A DNA stretch of 37,916 nt from contig JBBRXO010000015.1 of assembly GCA_038248345.1 (NCBI GenBank), positions 1-37,916 on the forward strand, in the 5' to 3' direction. Made by a program: the position numbers and the translations under genes. The stretch comes from Armatimonadota bacterium. GTDB lineage: Bacteria; Armatimonadota; Hebobacteria; CAIYQO01. Below the pieces are notes generated by a model that was not told where the DNA came from, searched no databases, and saw only the letters and a list, made by a program, of their open reading frames with translations. Shown here one piece after another: positions 11,487 to 20,600 of this stretch; position 1 is the first letter of the stretch, and each line of letters begins with the position of its first letter.

Positions 11487-13398
11487 TCTTACCATAAAGA
11501 TTTGTCGGTGTTTCACGTGAAACATTCTTCCAGTCATGCGCTCGTAGCCATACTAATAATATCGAGATATCCGCCGGTGTGACGCCGCTGATGCGTGCCG
11601 CTTGCCCAACCGTCAATGGCTGTACGCGCGCCAGCTTCTCTGCCCCTTCGCGTGAAAGGGCGCGGATGCTGCGGTAATCGATCTCTGGCGACAGCGTGCG
11701 GCACTCCAGCCGCAATTGCTGCACCACTTGCTTGTGTTGCCGTGCGATGTACCCGGCATATTTTACCGTTATTTCCACTTGCTCCGCTACTTCTTCGCCC
11801 ATCTCCGCCGGGCGAAGTGCGGAGTAGCGCGATTCTGGGCGACGTAGCCACTCTTCCGCGTTGGCCAGTCCCGCGCCGTCAATGCCGGCGTCGCCGGGGG
11901 ATGTCGCCTGCAACCGCGTAATTTCCGCTTCAATGGCCGCGCGTTTGGCGCAGAAACGTGCGTAATCATCAGCGCCCACCAGCCCCAGCGCGTGGCCAAT
12001 ATCCGTCAGGCGCAGGTCGGCGTTGTCCTGGCGTAGCAGTAACCGGTGCTCCGCACGCGAGGTGAGCATGCGGTACGGCTCCTCGGTGCCGCTGCTCACC
12101 AGGTCATCCACCAGCACGCCGAGGAAAGCCTGATCGCGGCGTAATAGCAGCGGCGGCTCCCCATTCAGGTACTGCCCGGCGTTGATCCCCGCCAGCAGCC
12201 CCTGCGCAGCCGCCTCCTCATAGCCGCTGGTGCCGTTGAGTTGCCCGGCGCTGAATAATCCATGAACCGCTTTGGTCTCCAGCGAAGGCCACAGTTGTTC
12301 TGGAGGAATGAAATCGTACTCGACCGCATAGCCCGGCTGTACAATAATCGCCCGCTCCAGACCGGGGATGCTGTGCAGAAACTCCTCCTGCACGTGCAGC
12401 GGCAGGCTGGTGCTGATGCCCATCGGGTAGACCAGTTCCGAGTCCCACCCCTCGCGCTCGAGAAAGATCTGGTGCCGCTCGCGTTCGGCGAAGCGCACGA
12501 CCTTATCCTCAATAGACGGGCAATAACGTGGCCCGCGCCCGGTGATCAACCCGCCGTAGAGTGCCGAGAGCTGCAGATTGCGCCGGATGATCTCATGCGT
12601 CTCCAGCGTGGTGTAGGTGATGTGGCAGGGGTGACCTAACCCCCGGGCCTCCATCTCCGTGGAGGATGGGGGGTCAGGTCTCTGCCAGCCGAACTGAAAC
12701 CACAGCGGCGTCTCCGCCGAAGGCTGCACCTCGCAGACGGTATAGTCGATGCTGTCGGCACGCAGGCGCGGGGTGGTGCCGGTCTTTAGGCGTCCCAGGC
12801 GCAGCCCGACGGCGAGTAACCCTTCCGAGAGCCGCGTCGCTGGTGGCTCGCCGTAGCGCCCCTCCGGTTTCGTCTGGTCGCCGATGAAGGTGACGCCGTT
12901 GAGGAAGGTGCCGGTGGTGAGGACTACCGCACGCGCGCCGATCGCACTGCCGTCGGCCAGCGTCACACCCATTACCGTTCCCTCTGTGGTGAGCAGCCCC
13001 ACCGCCTCGCCCTCGCGCAGGGTGAGGTTCGGCGCTGCATCCAGAACCTCGCGCATCAGTTGCGGGTACAGCGTTTTGTCCACCTGCATACGGATCGCCT
13101 GCACCGCCGGGCCTTTGCCGGTGTTGAGCATGCGCACATGTGTCACCGCCGCGTCGGCGATGTGCGGCATCGCCCCGCCCAGCGCCGCGATCTCGCGCAC
13201 CAGCTGTGCCTTCGCCGGGCCGCCCACGCTGCAGTTGCACGGCAAATGTGCCACGCGCGCCAGCCGGATAGCCAGCAGCAGTGTGCGCAACCCCCGCCGC
13301 GCCGTCGCCAGCGCCGCTTCGCACCCGGCATGCCCGCCGCCTATTATTATTACGTCGTAGTTTTCGTTCATTGGTATTTTGTCGGAACCTTGATCCAC
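11482..13398 (-). CDS. mnmG: tRNA uridine-5-carboxymethylaminomethyl(34) synthesis enzyme MnmG (GidA)
   Basis: IGGGHAGCEAA, KTGTTPRL, GPRYCPSIEDK, PGYAVEYD, GQLNGTSGYEEAAAQG, EPYRMLTSRAEHRL. Confidence 0.98.
   Translation of the reverse strand: MDQGSDKIPMNENYDVIIIGGGHAGCEAALATARRGLRTLLLAIRLARVAHLPCNCSVGGPAKAQLVREIAALGGAMPHIADAAVTHVRMLNTGKGPAVQAIRMQVDKTLYPQLMREVLDAAPNLTLREGEAVGLLTTEGTVMGVTLADGSAIGARAVVLTTGTFLNGVTFIGDQTKPEGRYGEPPATRLSEGLLAVGLRLGRLKTGTTPRLRADSIDYTVCEVQPSAETPLWFQFGWQRPDPPSSTEMEARGLGHPCHITYTTLETHEIIRRNLQLSALYGGLITGRGPRYCPSIEDKVVRFAERERHQIFLEREGWDSELVYPMGISTSLPLHVQEEFLHSIPGLERAIIVQPGYAVEYDFIPPEQLWPSLETKAVHGLFSAGQLNGTSGYEEAAAQGLLAGINAGQYLNGEPPLLLRRDQAFLGVLVDDLVSSGTEEPYRMLTSRAEHRLLLRQDNADLRLTDIGHALGLVGADDYARFCAKRAAIEAEITRLQATSPGDAGIDGAGLANAEEWLRRPESRYSALRPAEMGEEVAEQVEITVKYAGYIARQHKQVVQQLRLECRTLSPEIDYRSIRALSREGAEKLARVQPLTVGQAARISGVTPADISILLVWLRAHDWKNVSRETPTNLYGKM
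11509..11524. promoter_or_regulatory. parS: parS site (perfect consensus) within mnmG 3' end
   Basis: TGTTTCACGTGAAACA, the established bacterial parS palindrome; parAB present in window. Confidence 0.9.
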
Positions 13399-13438
13399 AT
13401 GATTAGAGGATCAGTTTGAGAATGATGTCTCTGCTATT

Positions 13439-13473
13439 TGTTCAATGTTCAATGTTCAATGTTCAATGTTCAA
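13439..13473. repeat. Perfect heptamer tandem repeat (TGTTCAA)x5
   Basis: Read directly; lies just upstream of mnmG. Confidence 0.95.
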
Positions 13474-13660
13474 CGGAAGCGGCTATCCAGTTCTCTATCG
13501 CGACAGGTAGCAGGCAAATATTCTCATCATTAGGACGCATTAAGTGACTCATAATGTATAATATTCGCCATAGACTCCTTCATCCCTCTAACCCGGCCAA
13601 GCCGGAACCAGTAATGTCATCAGGTATCCCTGGGTACGCAGGCGTCCCGCCCTAACGCTT

Positions 13661-13784
13661 TAATTCACAGGATTAAGGATAAAGAGGATAGTCAGGAAAA
13701 GAAGGTAGAATAATATTTTGAGATAATACTCCCCTGCCTGTCTTATCCTCATAATCCTCTATTATCCATATATCCAGTGAATTA
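13661..13784. repeat. Inverted-repeat element built of AGGAT units
   Basis: TAATTCACAGGATTAAGGATAAAGAGGAT vs reverse complement of right arm TAATTCACTGGATATATGGATAATAGAGGAT. Confidence 0.7.
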
Positions 13785-13998
13785 CAACGATAGAGGACGA
13801 CCTCTCTGCACCACCCGGCATTAAAAACTTGCTTCATTCTCTACAAGTTGCTCAGAAAATAACCGAGAAGAGACTAAAGTGGTTTTGGGTATTGCTTGTA
13901 TATATATGACGCCCGTCCTGTTCACCTGGTCATGAACGGTGGGCGAACAGAACAGCGCGAAAACACCACCTTCCAGTTGTCGCAACTTAACCCCTTGA

Positions 13999-14168
13999 CT
14001 ATATGTTGTTGATGTGGCAACCGGAAAAACCTTCTTAACGGAGAACCGATCAATAGAAAAGAGGGCAAATTGATGATGATGTCAATCGCAGCAAAAGAGG
14101 AGAAGACTCTCTTTGATATTGGAGGGCTACCCTTACGGGGTATTGACTGGGCACCGGAGGGGAAGTAG
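13999..14168 (+). pseudogene. Possible remnant of a TolB/PD40-type beta-propeller gene
   Basis: LYVVDVATGK and, in another frame, ...RGIDWAPEGK* resemble WSPDG-type repeats; no intact ORF. Confidence 0.3.
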
Positions 14169-14200
14169 GGATTAGTTCCAAGTTCCAAGCCGCTGCGTTT

Positions 14201-14251
14201 TACCTAACCCCCATCCCCTTCCCGGCGCGGGAAGGGGATGGGGGTTAGGTA
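14201..14251. repeat. GC-rich palindrome, 24-bp perfect arms; contains hflX stop codon
   Basis: TACCTAACCCCCATCCCCTTCCCG-gcg-CGGGAAGGGGATGGGGGTTAGGTA; related copy at 16730-16781. Confidence 0.9.
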
Positions 14252-15522
14252 GACCTTTTCTCCGCCCGCATATGCAGCCGCGCGGCCAGGTCGGCGGGGA
14301 CGCGGGCGTGGAGCTGCACCGTCATACCTTCGTATTCTTCCGTCAGCACTTCGCCGCGGGCGTGCGCCTCGGCCACCAGCCCGGCGGCGCTGTGCGGCAG
14401 CGTCACTGTCAGCGTCTCCCAGCTACTGCGCACCACGCGCACTATCTCCGCCTCCAGCTCCGCCAGCCCCTCGCCTTTGCGCGCGGAGATGTATACTACG
14501 TGGGGGAAGCGCTCCGCCAGATGCTCCAGCAGTTGCACATCATCCACCGCGTCCATTTTATTAAAGGCCATAATCACTGGTTTGGTGCCCACGCCCAGCT
14601 CTTCCAGTACGCGTTCCACCGTCTCCACTTGCTCCACCCAGCCATCAAAGGAGGCATCCACCACATGGATGAGGATCTCGGCGCTGGCAACTTCCTCCAG
14701 CGTGGCGCGGAAGGCCGTCACCAGCTGCGTGGGCAGATTGCGGATGAAGCCCACCGTATCGCTCAGCAGTACCCGCGTGCCGTTGGGCATGGTCACGTCG
14801 CGCGTGGTGGGGTCGAGCGTAGCGAAGAGCTTATCTTCTACAAACACCCCCGCGCCGCTTAGCGCGTTGAGCAGCGTCGACTTGCCAGAGTTGGTGTAGC
14901 CCACTAGCCCCACCAGTGGAATCTGCGCCTGCTTGCGCTGGCTACGTTGGGTGGCACGGCGGCGGCGAATCTCCTCTACCTTGTCATCCAGCACGTCAAT
15001 GCGGTGGCGCACCAGCCGCCGGTCAGTCTCAATCTGCGACTCCCCCGGCCCGCGCGAGCCAATACCACCCTGCGAGGTGTCCAGGTGCGTCCAGAGGTTG
15101 GTCAGCCGCGGCAGCAGGTACTTCAATTGTGCTAGCTCCACCTGCAGCTGCCCCTCGGATGTCTGCGCACGGCGGGCGAAGATATCCAGGATCAGCCCGG
15201 TGCGATCAATCACCTGCCGTTCCAACACCTTCTCCAGGTTGCGCTGTTGCGAGGGCGAGACATCGCCATCAATGATCAACAGATCGGCGTCAGCACGCTC
15301 CATGATTTCCCCGACCTCCTCCACCTTCCCCTTGCCGAGGTAAGTTTTGGGGTCCGGCATCTCGCGCTTCTGCGTCACCACCGCCACCACCAGCCCGTTG
15401 GCGGTATCCGCCAGCCGTTCCAGTTCATCCAGTGACTCACGCCACTCCAGGTCATTCTTCTCCAGCGCCGCCACCACAACCCGTTGCCGCGCCGATGCTT
15501 GTGCTACATCATATCCACCCAT
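14245..15522 (-). CDS. hflX: Ribosome-splitting GTPase HflX
   Basis: DRTGLILDIFARRA, EGQLQVELAQL, RGPGESQIETDRR, VGYTNSGKSTL, LFATLD, DTVGFI, NKMD. Confidence 0.97.
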   Translation of the reverse strand: MGGYDVAQASARQRVVVAALEKNDLEWRESLDELERLADTANGLVVAVVTQKREMPDPKTYLGKGKVEEVGEIMERADADLLIIDGDVSPSQQRNLEKVLERQVIDRTGLILDIFARRAQTSEGQLQVELAQLKYLLPRLTNLWTHLDTSQGGIGSRGPGESQIETDRRLVRHRIDVLDDKVEEIRRRRATQRSQRKQAQIPLVGLVGYTNSGKSTLLNALSGAGVFVEDKLFATLDPTTRDVTMPNGTRVLLSDTVGFIRNLPTQLVTAFRATLEEVASAEILIHVVDASFDGWVEQVETVERVLEELGVGTKPVIMAFNKMDAVDDVQLLEHLAERFPHVVYISARKGEGLAELEAEIVRVVRSSWETLTVTLPHSAAGLVAEAHARGEVLTEEYEGMTVQLHARVPADLAARLHMRAEKRST

Positions 15523-15687
15523 ATGTATATAATAGCACGCGCGGGGAAAAGTGACGAATTTGCATGGTTTTTATTACAACACAGAGGGCACAGAGAGTAC
15601 AGAGAAATATTCAAAAGAGGAGAGATGATTTCATCACCCCGTCATTCTGCTGGATATTTCAATCCCAGTTAGAAATGGTACTAAAAC

Positions 15688-15716
15688 TTGGAACTCTCCC
15701 GCTAAACCTCTATAAT
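15688..15716 (+). promoter_or_regulatory. Putative sigma70 promoter
   Basis: TTGGAA-17 bp-TATAAT, 8 nt before the ATG at 15725. Confidence 0.6.
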
Positions 15717-15724
15717 ATCCAGAT

Positions 15725-16621
15725 ATGTCATTAGAAATCGTACTCGGATTCACGCTTGGGCTGGTTAGCGCGGTCTTCTTTGCTTTTTATATGGTGCCGC
15801 AGAAGCTGGTGGTCATCGAGACGCCGGCTTATTTGTGGGTGATGAGTGTGGGGGTGTTGCTCACCACTGCTATACCGTGGGCCGCTACTGGTTTCCCACT
15901 CGCCCATAGCTGGGTGGAACCTGGCTACGGGTTGCTCTGTGGGGTGGGGTGGATGCTGGGGACGCTCGCTTTCGCAGCGGGGATCAAACGGCTGGGGCTG
16001 GCGTTGGCCACGCCTATCAAAAACACCACCGGGGTGCTGGGCACGCTGGTGGGGCTGCTCATCTTCCAGGAGTGGCGCAACACTAACCCGTGGCTCTGCT
16101 TTGCGGGCAGTGTACTGGTGGTCACCGCTGCCATCGTTATCGGGCAGACGGGCAAGGCGAAGGTGTCGCAGCACGCCAATATCGCCGGGATTATCTTCGC
16201 GTTACTGGCGGCGCTGGCCTACGCCAGCTACCTGGTGCCGATGAAGCTGGCTATGAAGAACATCGGTGTCTACGCTTTCGCCCCGTGGATGGCCATCGGC
16301 ATGGTTATTATGGCTACGGTGATATTGCTCACACAGCGCGGCAGGCTAAAGCTGGTACTCGGCTATGCTCCGCGCGTCTACTTCCTCTCGTTATTGGGCG
16401 GGGCCTGTTGGGCCATCGCCTTTCTCACCATGGCCATCAGTGTCAACTACGTCGGCCTCTCCATCGCCTGGGCGTTGTGTAACCTCAACACCGTCCCGGC
16501 GGTCTTCCTCGGCATCCTCGCCTTCCACGAGATCAGCTTCCGTCAACAATGGGTGAAGATAACCATTGGCCTCCTCGCCGCCGTCGCCGGTACGCTGCTG
16601 TTGGGGTTGTCGAAGGGGTAA
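15725..16621 (+). CDS. DMT-superfamily transporter, GRP (GlcU/RbsU-like) sugar uptake family
   Basis: ~10 hydrophobic helices in two repeated halves; GLALATPI...G.LVGLLIFQEW and GILAFHE motifs. Confidence 0.75.
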   Translation: MSLEIVLGFTLGLVSAVFFAFYMVPQKLVVIETPAYLWVMSVGVLLTTAIPWAATGFPLAHSWVEPGYGLLCGVGWMLGTLAFAAGIKRLGLALATPIKNTTGVLGTLVGLLIFQEWRNTNPWLCFAGSVLVVTAAIVIGQTGKAKVSQHANIAGIIFALLAALAYASYLVPMKLAMKNIGVYAFAPWMAIGMVIMATVILLTQRGRLKLVLGYAPRVYFLSLLGGACWAIAFLTMAISVNYVGLSIAWALCNLNTVPAVFLGILAFHEISFRQQWVKITIGLLAAVAGTLLLGLSKG

Positions 16622-16729
16622 GGGTCTTCTCGCGTTAACTTCAACAGATATTCACATCATCACTTTGTGGTCTATTTTGCTAGAACTCCTGCGAAAATAG
16701 TCTCGGCGGGTGCTTTGCCCCATTGGTTT

Positions 16730-16781
16730 TACCTAATCCCCAGCCCCTTCCCGCGCCGGGAAGGGGGCCGAGGGGTAGGTA
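16730..16781. repeat. Second copy of the CCTAACCCC...GGGGTTAGG palindrome family
   Basis: TACCTAATCCCCAGCCCCTTCCCG..CGGGAAGGGGGCCGAGGGGTAGGTA, with the same GTTT and GACC flanks as 14201-14251; lies between convergent genes. Confidence 0.85.
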
Positions 16782-16823
16782 GACCAAGGCTAACGGCATA
16801 GATACGACATCAGGTTTTCAACC

Positions 16824-17216
16824 CTAAATATTGAGATGCGCTTCAGCACTGATCCCCCGTGCTTTGCTCATCATTCCCAGCAACTCTACCCGGGAGAACG
16901 GTTTTCTGATGTACCCATAAGCGCCACGCGCTAATGCAGCGGAGACCTCTTTTTTACTAGTGGTGCCGGTGAGGAGAATGATCGGAATTTGCGGACGCAT
17001 AGCTTGCAGTTCATCGATAATCTCAATTCCACTGCCATCGGGCAAACACAGATCCAACAGGATTAATTGGGGATACAGGCCAGCTTCCAACACAGCACGG
17101 GCCTCGCCTGCTGAAGCTACCGCGGTGACACGGTAAAATTCCTGTAGCAGGCATACCAGCATCAGGCTGATCCCGGCTTCATCATCGATAGCTAATATTT
17201 GAGGCTTATCTTCCAT
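16824..17216 (-). CDS. Single-domain response regulator (receiver)
   Basis: ILAIDDE, LILLDLCLPDGSG, LLTG, YIRKPF. Confidence 0.92.
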   Translation of the reverse strand: MEDKPQILAIDDEAGISLMLVCLLQEFYRVTAVASAGEARAVLEAGLYPQLILLDLCLPDGSGIEIIDELQAMRPQIPIILLTGTTSKKEVSAALARGAYGYIRKPFSRVELLGMMSKARGISAEAHLNI

Positions 17217-17320
17217 AATTTTTATACCAATGTATTATTCCATATTTCCGCTGATATTACTACTGTTTTTAATTGATATTGTTGAAAATTTTCATAATAA
17301 TAATTGCCTGCGAGTTGCTA

Positions 17321-17350
17321 TTGACAAATCAAACATGAGTTTGCTATATT
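17321..17350 (+). promoter_or_regulatory. Putative sigma70 promoter
   Basis: TTGACA-18 bp-TATATT with extended TG; CAAAC/GTTTG inverted repeat in the spacer. Confidence 0.55.
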
Positions 17351-17396
17351 GGTGTCGCTTGCAATAGTGAGCACTGCGTGGAAGGAGGAGAATATT

Positions 17397-17576
17397 ATGC
17401 AACGAATTACCATCGAGGTTCACCCGATAGAATTACGGTTTTTGCAACTGCTGCGAAAATGGCGTTATGGGGTATTGCATGAGGTGAAAATTGAAGACGG
17501 CCTGCCCATGTGCGCCGAATTAGTGCACGAACGCATCCGCTTTGACCGTCCGGTGGATAAGCGGGAGGTGGAGTGA
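17397..17576 (+). CDS. Small protein, DUF2292/YezD-like
   Basis: Strong RBS AGGAGG before ATG 17397; LRKWRYGVLHEVKIEDGLP..ERIRF resembles the DUF2292 pattern (from memory). Confidence 0.65.
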   Translation: MQRITIEVHPIELRFLQLLRKWRYGVLHEVKIEDGLPMCAELVHERIRFDRPVDKREVE

Positions 17577-17604
17577 GCGATAAAGGTCGCGGCGATGGGG
17601 GCTA

Positions 17605-20600
17605 TTACTCCGCCCCCATCACCTTTCTGACGACTTCATCTAATTCAGCTAGCTGATATGGTTTTGCGATCACACCGGCGAAACCATAGCTCCGGTAGTT
17701 CGCCATCACCGGGTCGGTGCTGTAGCCGCTGGACACAATCGCCTTGACGGTGGGATCTAACGCCAGCAAATCGGAGATGGTCTCTTTCCCGCCCATGCCA
17801 CCCGGTACGGTCAGATCCATGATTAGTACGTCGAAAGGATCCCCCGTGGCCAACGATTCCAGATAATGCGTAATCGCATGGGTGCCGTCGCTCACTAGTA
17901 CGACGTGATATCCCAGGTGTTCCAGCATATTTCCTACCACTTCGCACACGATATCATCGTCATCCATCACCATTATCTTCCCATGTGCTGGTATAATAAT
18001 GGAGTTCATACTGGATTTTGCCGGCGTTTCACCTGTGGTAGCAGGGAAGTACAGATAAAAAGTCGCCCCGACATCGGGGTGATTTTCCACCGTGACATCA
18101 CCATCATGGTGTCGCATTATACTGTAGGCCGTGGCCAGGCCCAGCCCGGTACCGTTATCCTTAGTGGTGAAATATGGGTCAAATATCAGCGCTTTGATCT
18201 CTGGTTTAACGCCACATCCGGTATCACTGAAGCCGACCCGCGTGTATTTCCCTTCAGGTAAAGAGAGGAGGTCTTTCTCACTGATGATATAATTCTCCGC
18301 GCTTACCTTCAGTACGCCACCTCCCGGCATGGCTTGAACCGCGTTAATCGTCAGGTTATTGAGCACCTGGTGGATTTGTCCGGCGTCTGCCTCTACCGGC
18401 CATAGATCTACGGGGAAATCAAATTCACAGCGTACATTAGTGCCGCTCAACGCAAAACGTGTGGTTTCGGTCACGAGCTCTTCTAATGCCATGAGATTCT
18501 TGACCGGGGCGCCGCCTCGGGCGAAGGTGAGCAACTGCTGCGTCAGGTCACGCGCCCGCAACGCCGCTTTCTCCACATTGATCAACAACTCTGCGTCACT
18601 ACCTCCCTCCTGATGTGAAAGCGCCAGTGAGATATTGCCTACGATGGCGGTGAGAATATTGTTAAAATCGTGGGCGATTCCTCCTGCCAGCACCCCGACG
18701 GATTCTAATTTATCAGCCTTGGCCAACTCCTCTTCTACCCGCCGCTCATTTGTAACATCGCGAAAAACCAGCACCACGCCGATGATGGCATTATTCCGGT
18801 CTAAAATCGGCGCTCCGCTGTCCTCAATCTCACGTTCTTGCCCATTTTTACTCAGCAACAGGGTTCGCGCATTCAGTGCTTCTGCATGTCCAGACGTGAT
18901 GACTCTGTCCACTGGATCCACCAGCTGTGTTCGGGTCTTATAATCAACGATACTGAAGACCTTTTCCAATGGTAGCCCCGCGGCATCTTGCTGCAGCCAC
19001 CCCGTCAAATATTCGGCCACTTTGTTCAGCATGACGATGTTGCCTGCTTTATCAGTGGTAATCACTCCATCGCCGATACACTTCAATGTCACCGCCAGGC
19101 GCTCCATCTCGGCAAACAACACTTCTTCAGTTTGCTTGTGGAGCAGTATGTCGCCCAACAAAGAGACATACACAGAAACAACATCCTGCATCTCCGGGTT
19201 AAGCATCCCCCCGCTCAAAGCGTTGTCATTGGAAAATACCCCCGCGCGTTCCCCCACCTGAAAGGGAGTCATTGCGGAAATGCTATGTTTACTATAACCG
19301 GGACTGCCCGCTACGTTTTCCAATGTGAACCAGCGGTTATGCTTGATCCGCATCTTTTCTATCTTCTCCTGGTGTTCCTCCAGGCTGATACACTGGTCAC
19401 TAATATCAACAATCTTACCATCTGCCCCGGTAGCGTAGGTGCCACATAATTTGCCGTTATTATCCTGCAGCATAATGGCAGTACGTTCTAAGCCCAGCCG
19501 TTCGCTGGCCATCACTACCGCGCGGCGCAACAATTCATCTACGGAAGCGCTGGAAAGTAACTCATCAGCGATGTCCAGCACCGCCTGTAATCCCATCAAT
19601 AAAGTACGTTGTAAATTCTCCGCTTCCTTTTTCTCGGTGATGTTATGACTGATGCCAAAGGTGCCGATAACGGTGCCGTCAGGCCCCAGCAACGGCAATT
19701 TTGCGCTATTCACCCAACTCGCCGCACCATTACGCCATGTCTGCATCTCTTCCATATTTACCAGGGAGTGGCCTTCTTCCATCATCCGTAGCTCATCCCC
19801 AAAGGTTTTCTGCGCGAAGATATCGGTGAAAAAATCGAAATCCGTCTTCCCGATTACCTTATTGACACTAACGCCAAACAGACCTGCCATCGACTTACTC
19901 ACGCGGGTAAAGCGACTATGCCTGTCTTTAAAGTAGATATAGTCCGGGATATTGTCTAACAGGGTCTGCAGCAAGAAACGCTCATGCTCTAATTCTTTTT
20001 CCGTGCGTATCCGCTCAATAATATTTGCCAGGACTGAACAGAATAATACGACACTCCCTTGCTGGTCATCATCCAGTGGTTTGCCATCTATAGCATTGTC
20101 ATTATAAAATACACCCAGCAGGCCAACGCCAGAAACGAGGGGGGTGAGCGCCAATTGACCGGCTTCTAACTCTCGATAGCTTCCCTCCACCGCTTCCAGA
20201 TAGTTCCTCTCCTCAAATCTATTATGCTTGTCACTCAGGTGGATCGCTTCCAACCATTGCCGATGTTCTCGGGTCACCGGTTGGACAGTCGCGTGTTCAT
20301 CAGTTGTCTGCCCGTTCATGTCAGTCCCGTAGGTCATCTGCAGCGTTTCATCTTCTACCAGTGCTATGCTACAGCGTTCTAACCCCAGCAGTTCGCGCGC
20401 CAGCACCACTGCCCGAAAAGTCACCTCATCTTCCGATGTGCAATTGAGCAGGATATCGGCGGCGGTTATCACCGCTTCTGCTCGCTTCGCCATCAGCAAT
20501 TGCCGATCCTCCGCCTCGCGTTGGGCGGTAACGTCACTGCCGATGCAGATCACTTCCATCTTACCTTCGTTGTCCAACCCGGAATAGCTGGCCCATGCCA

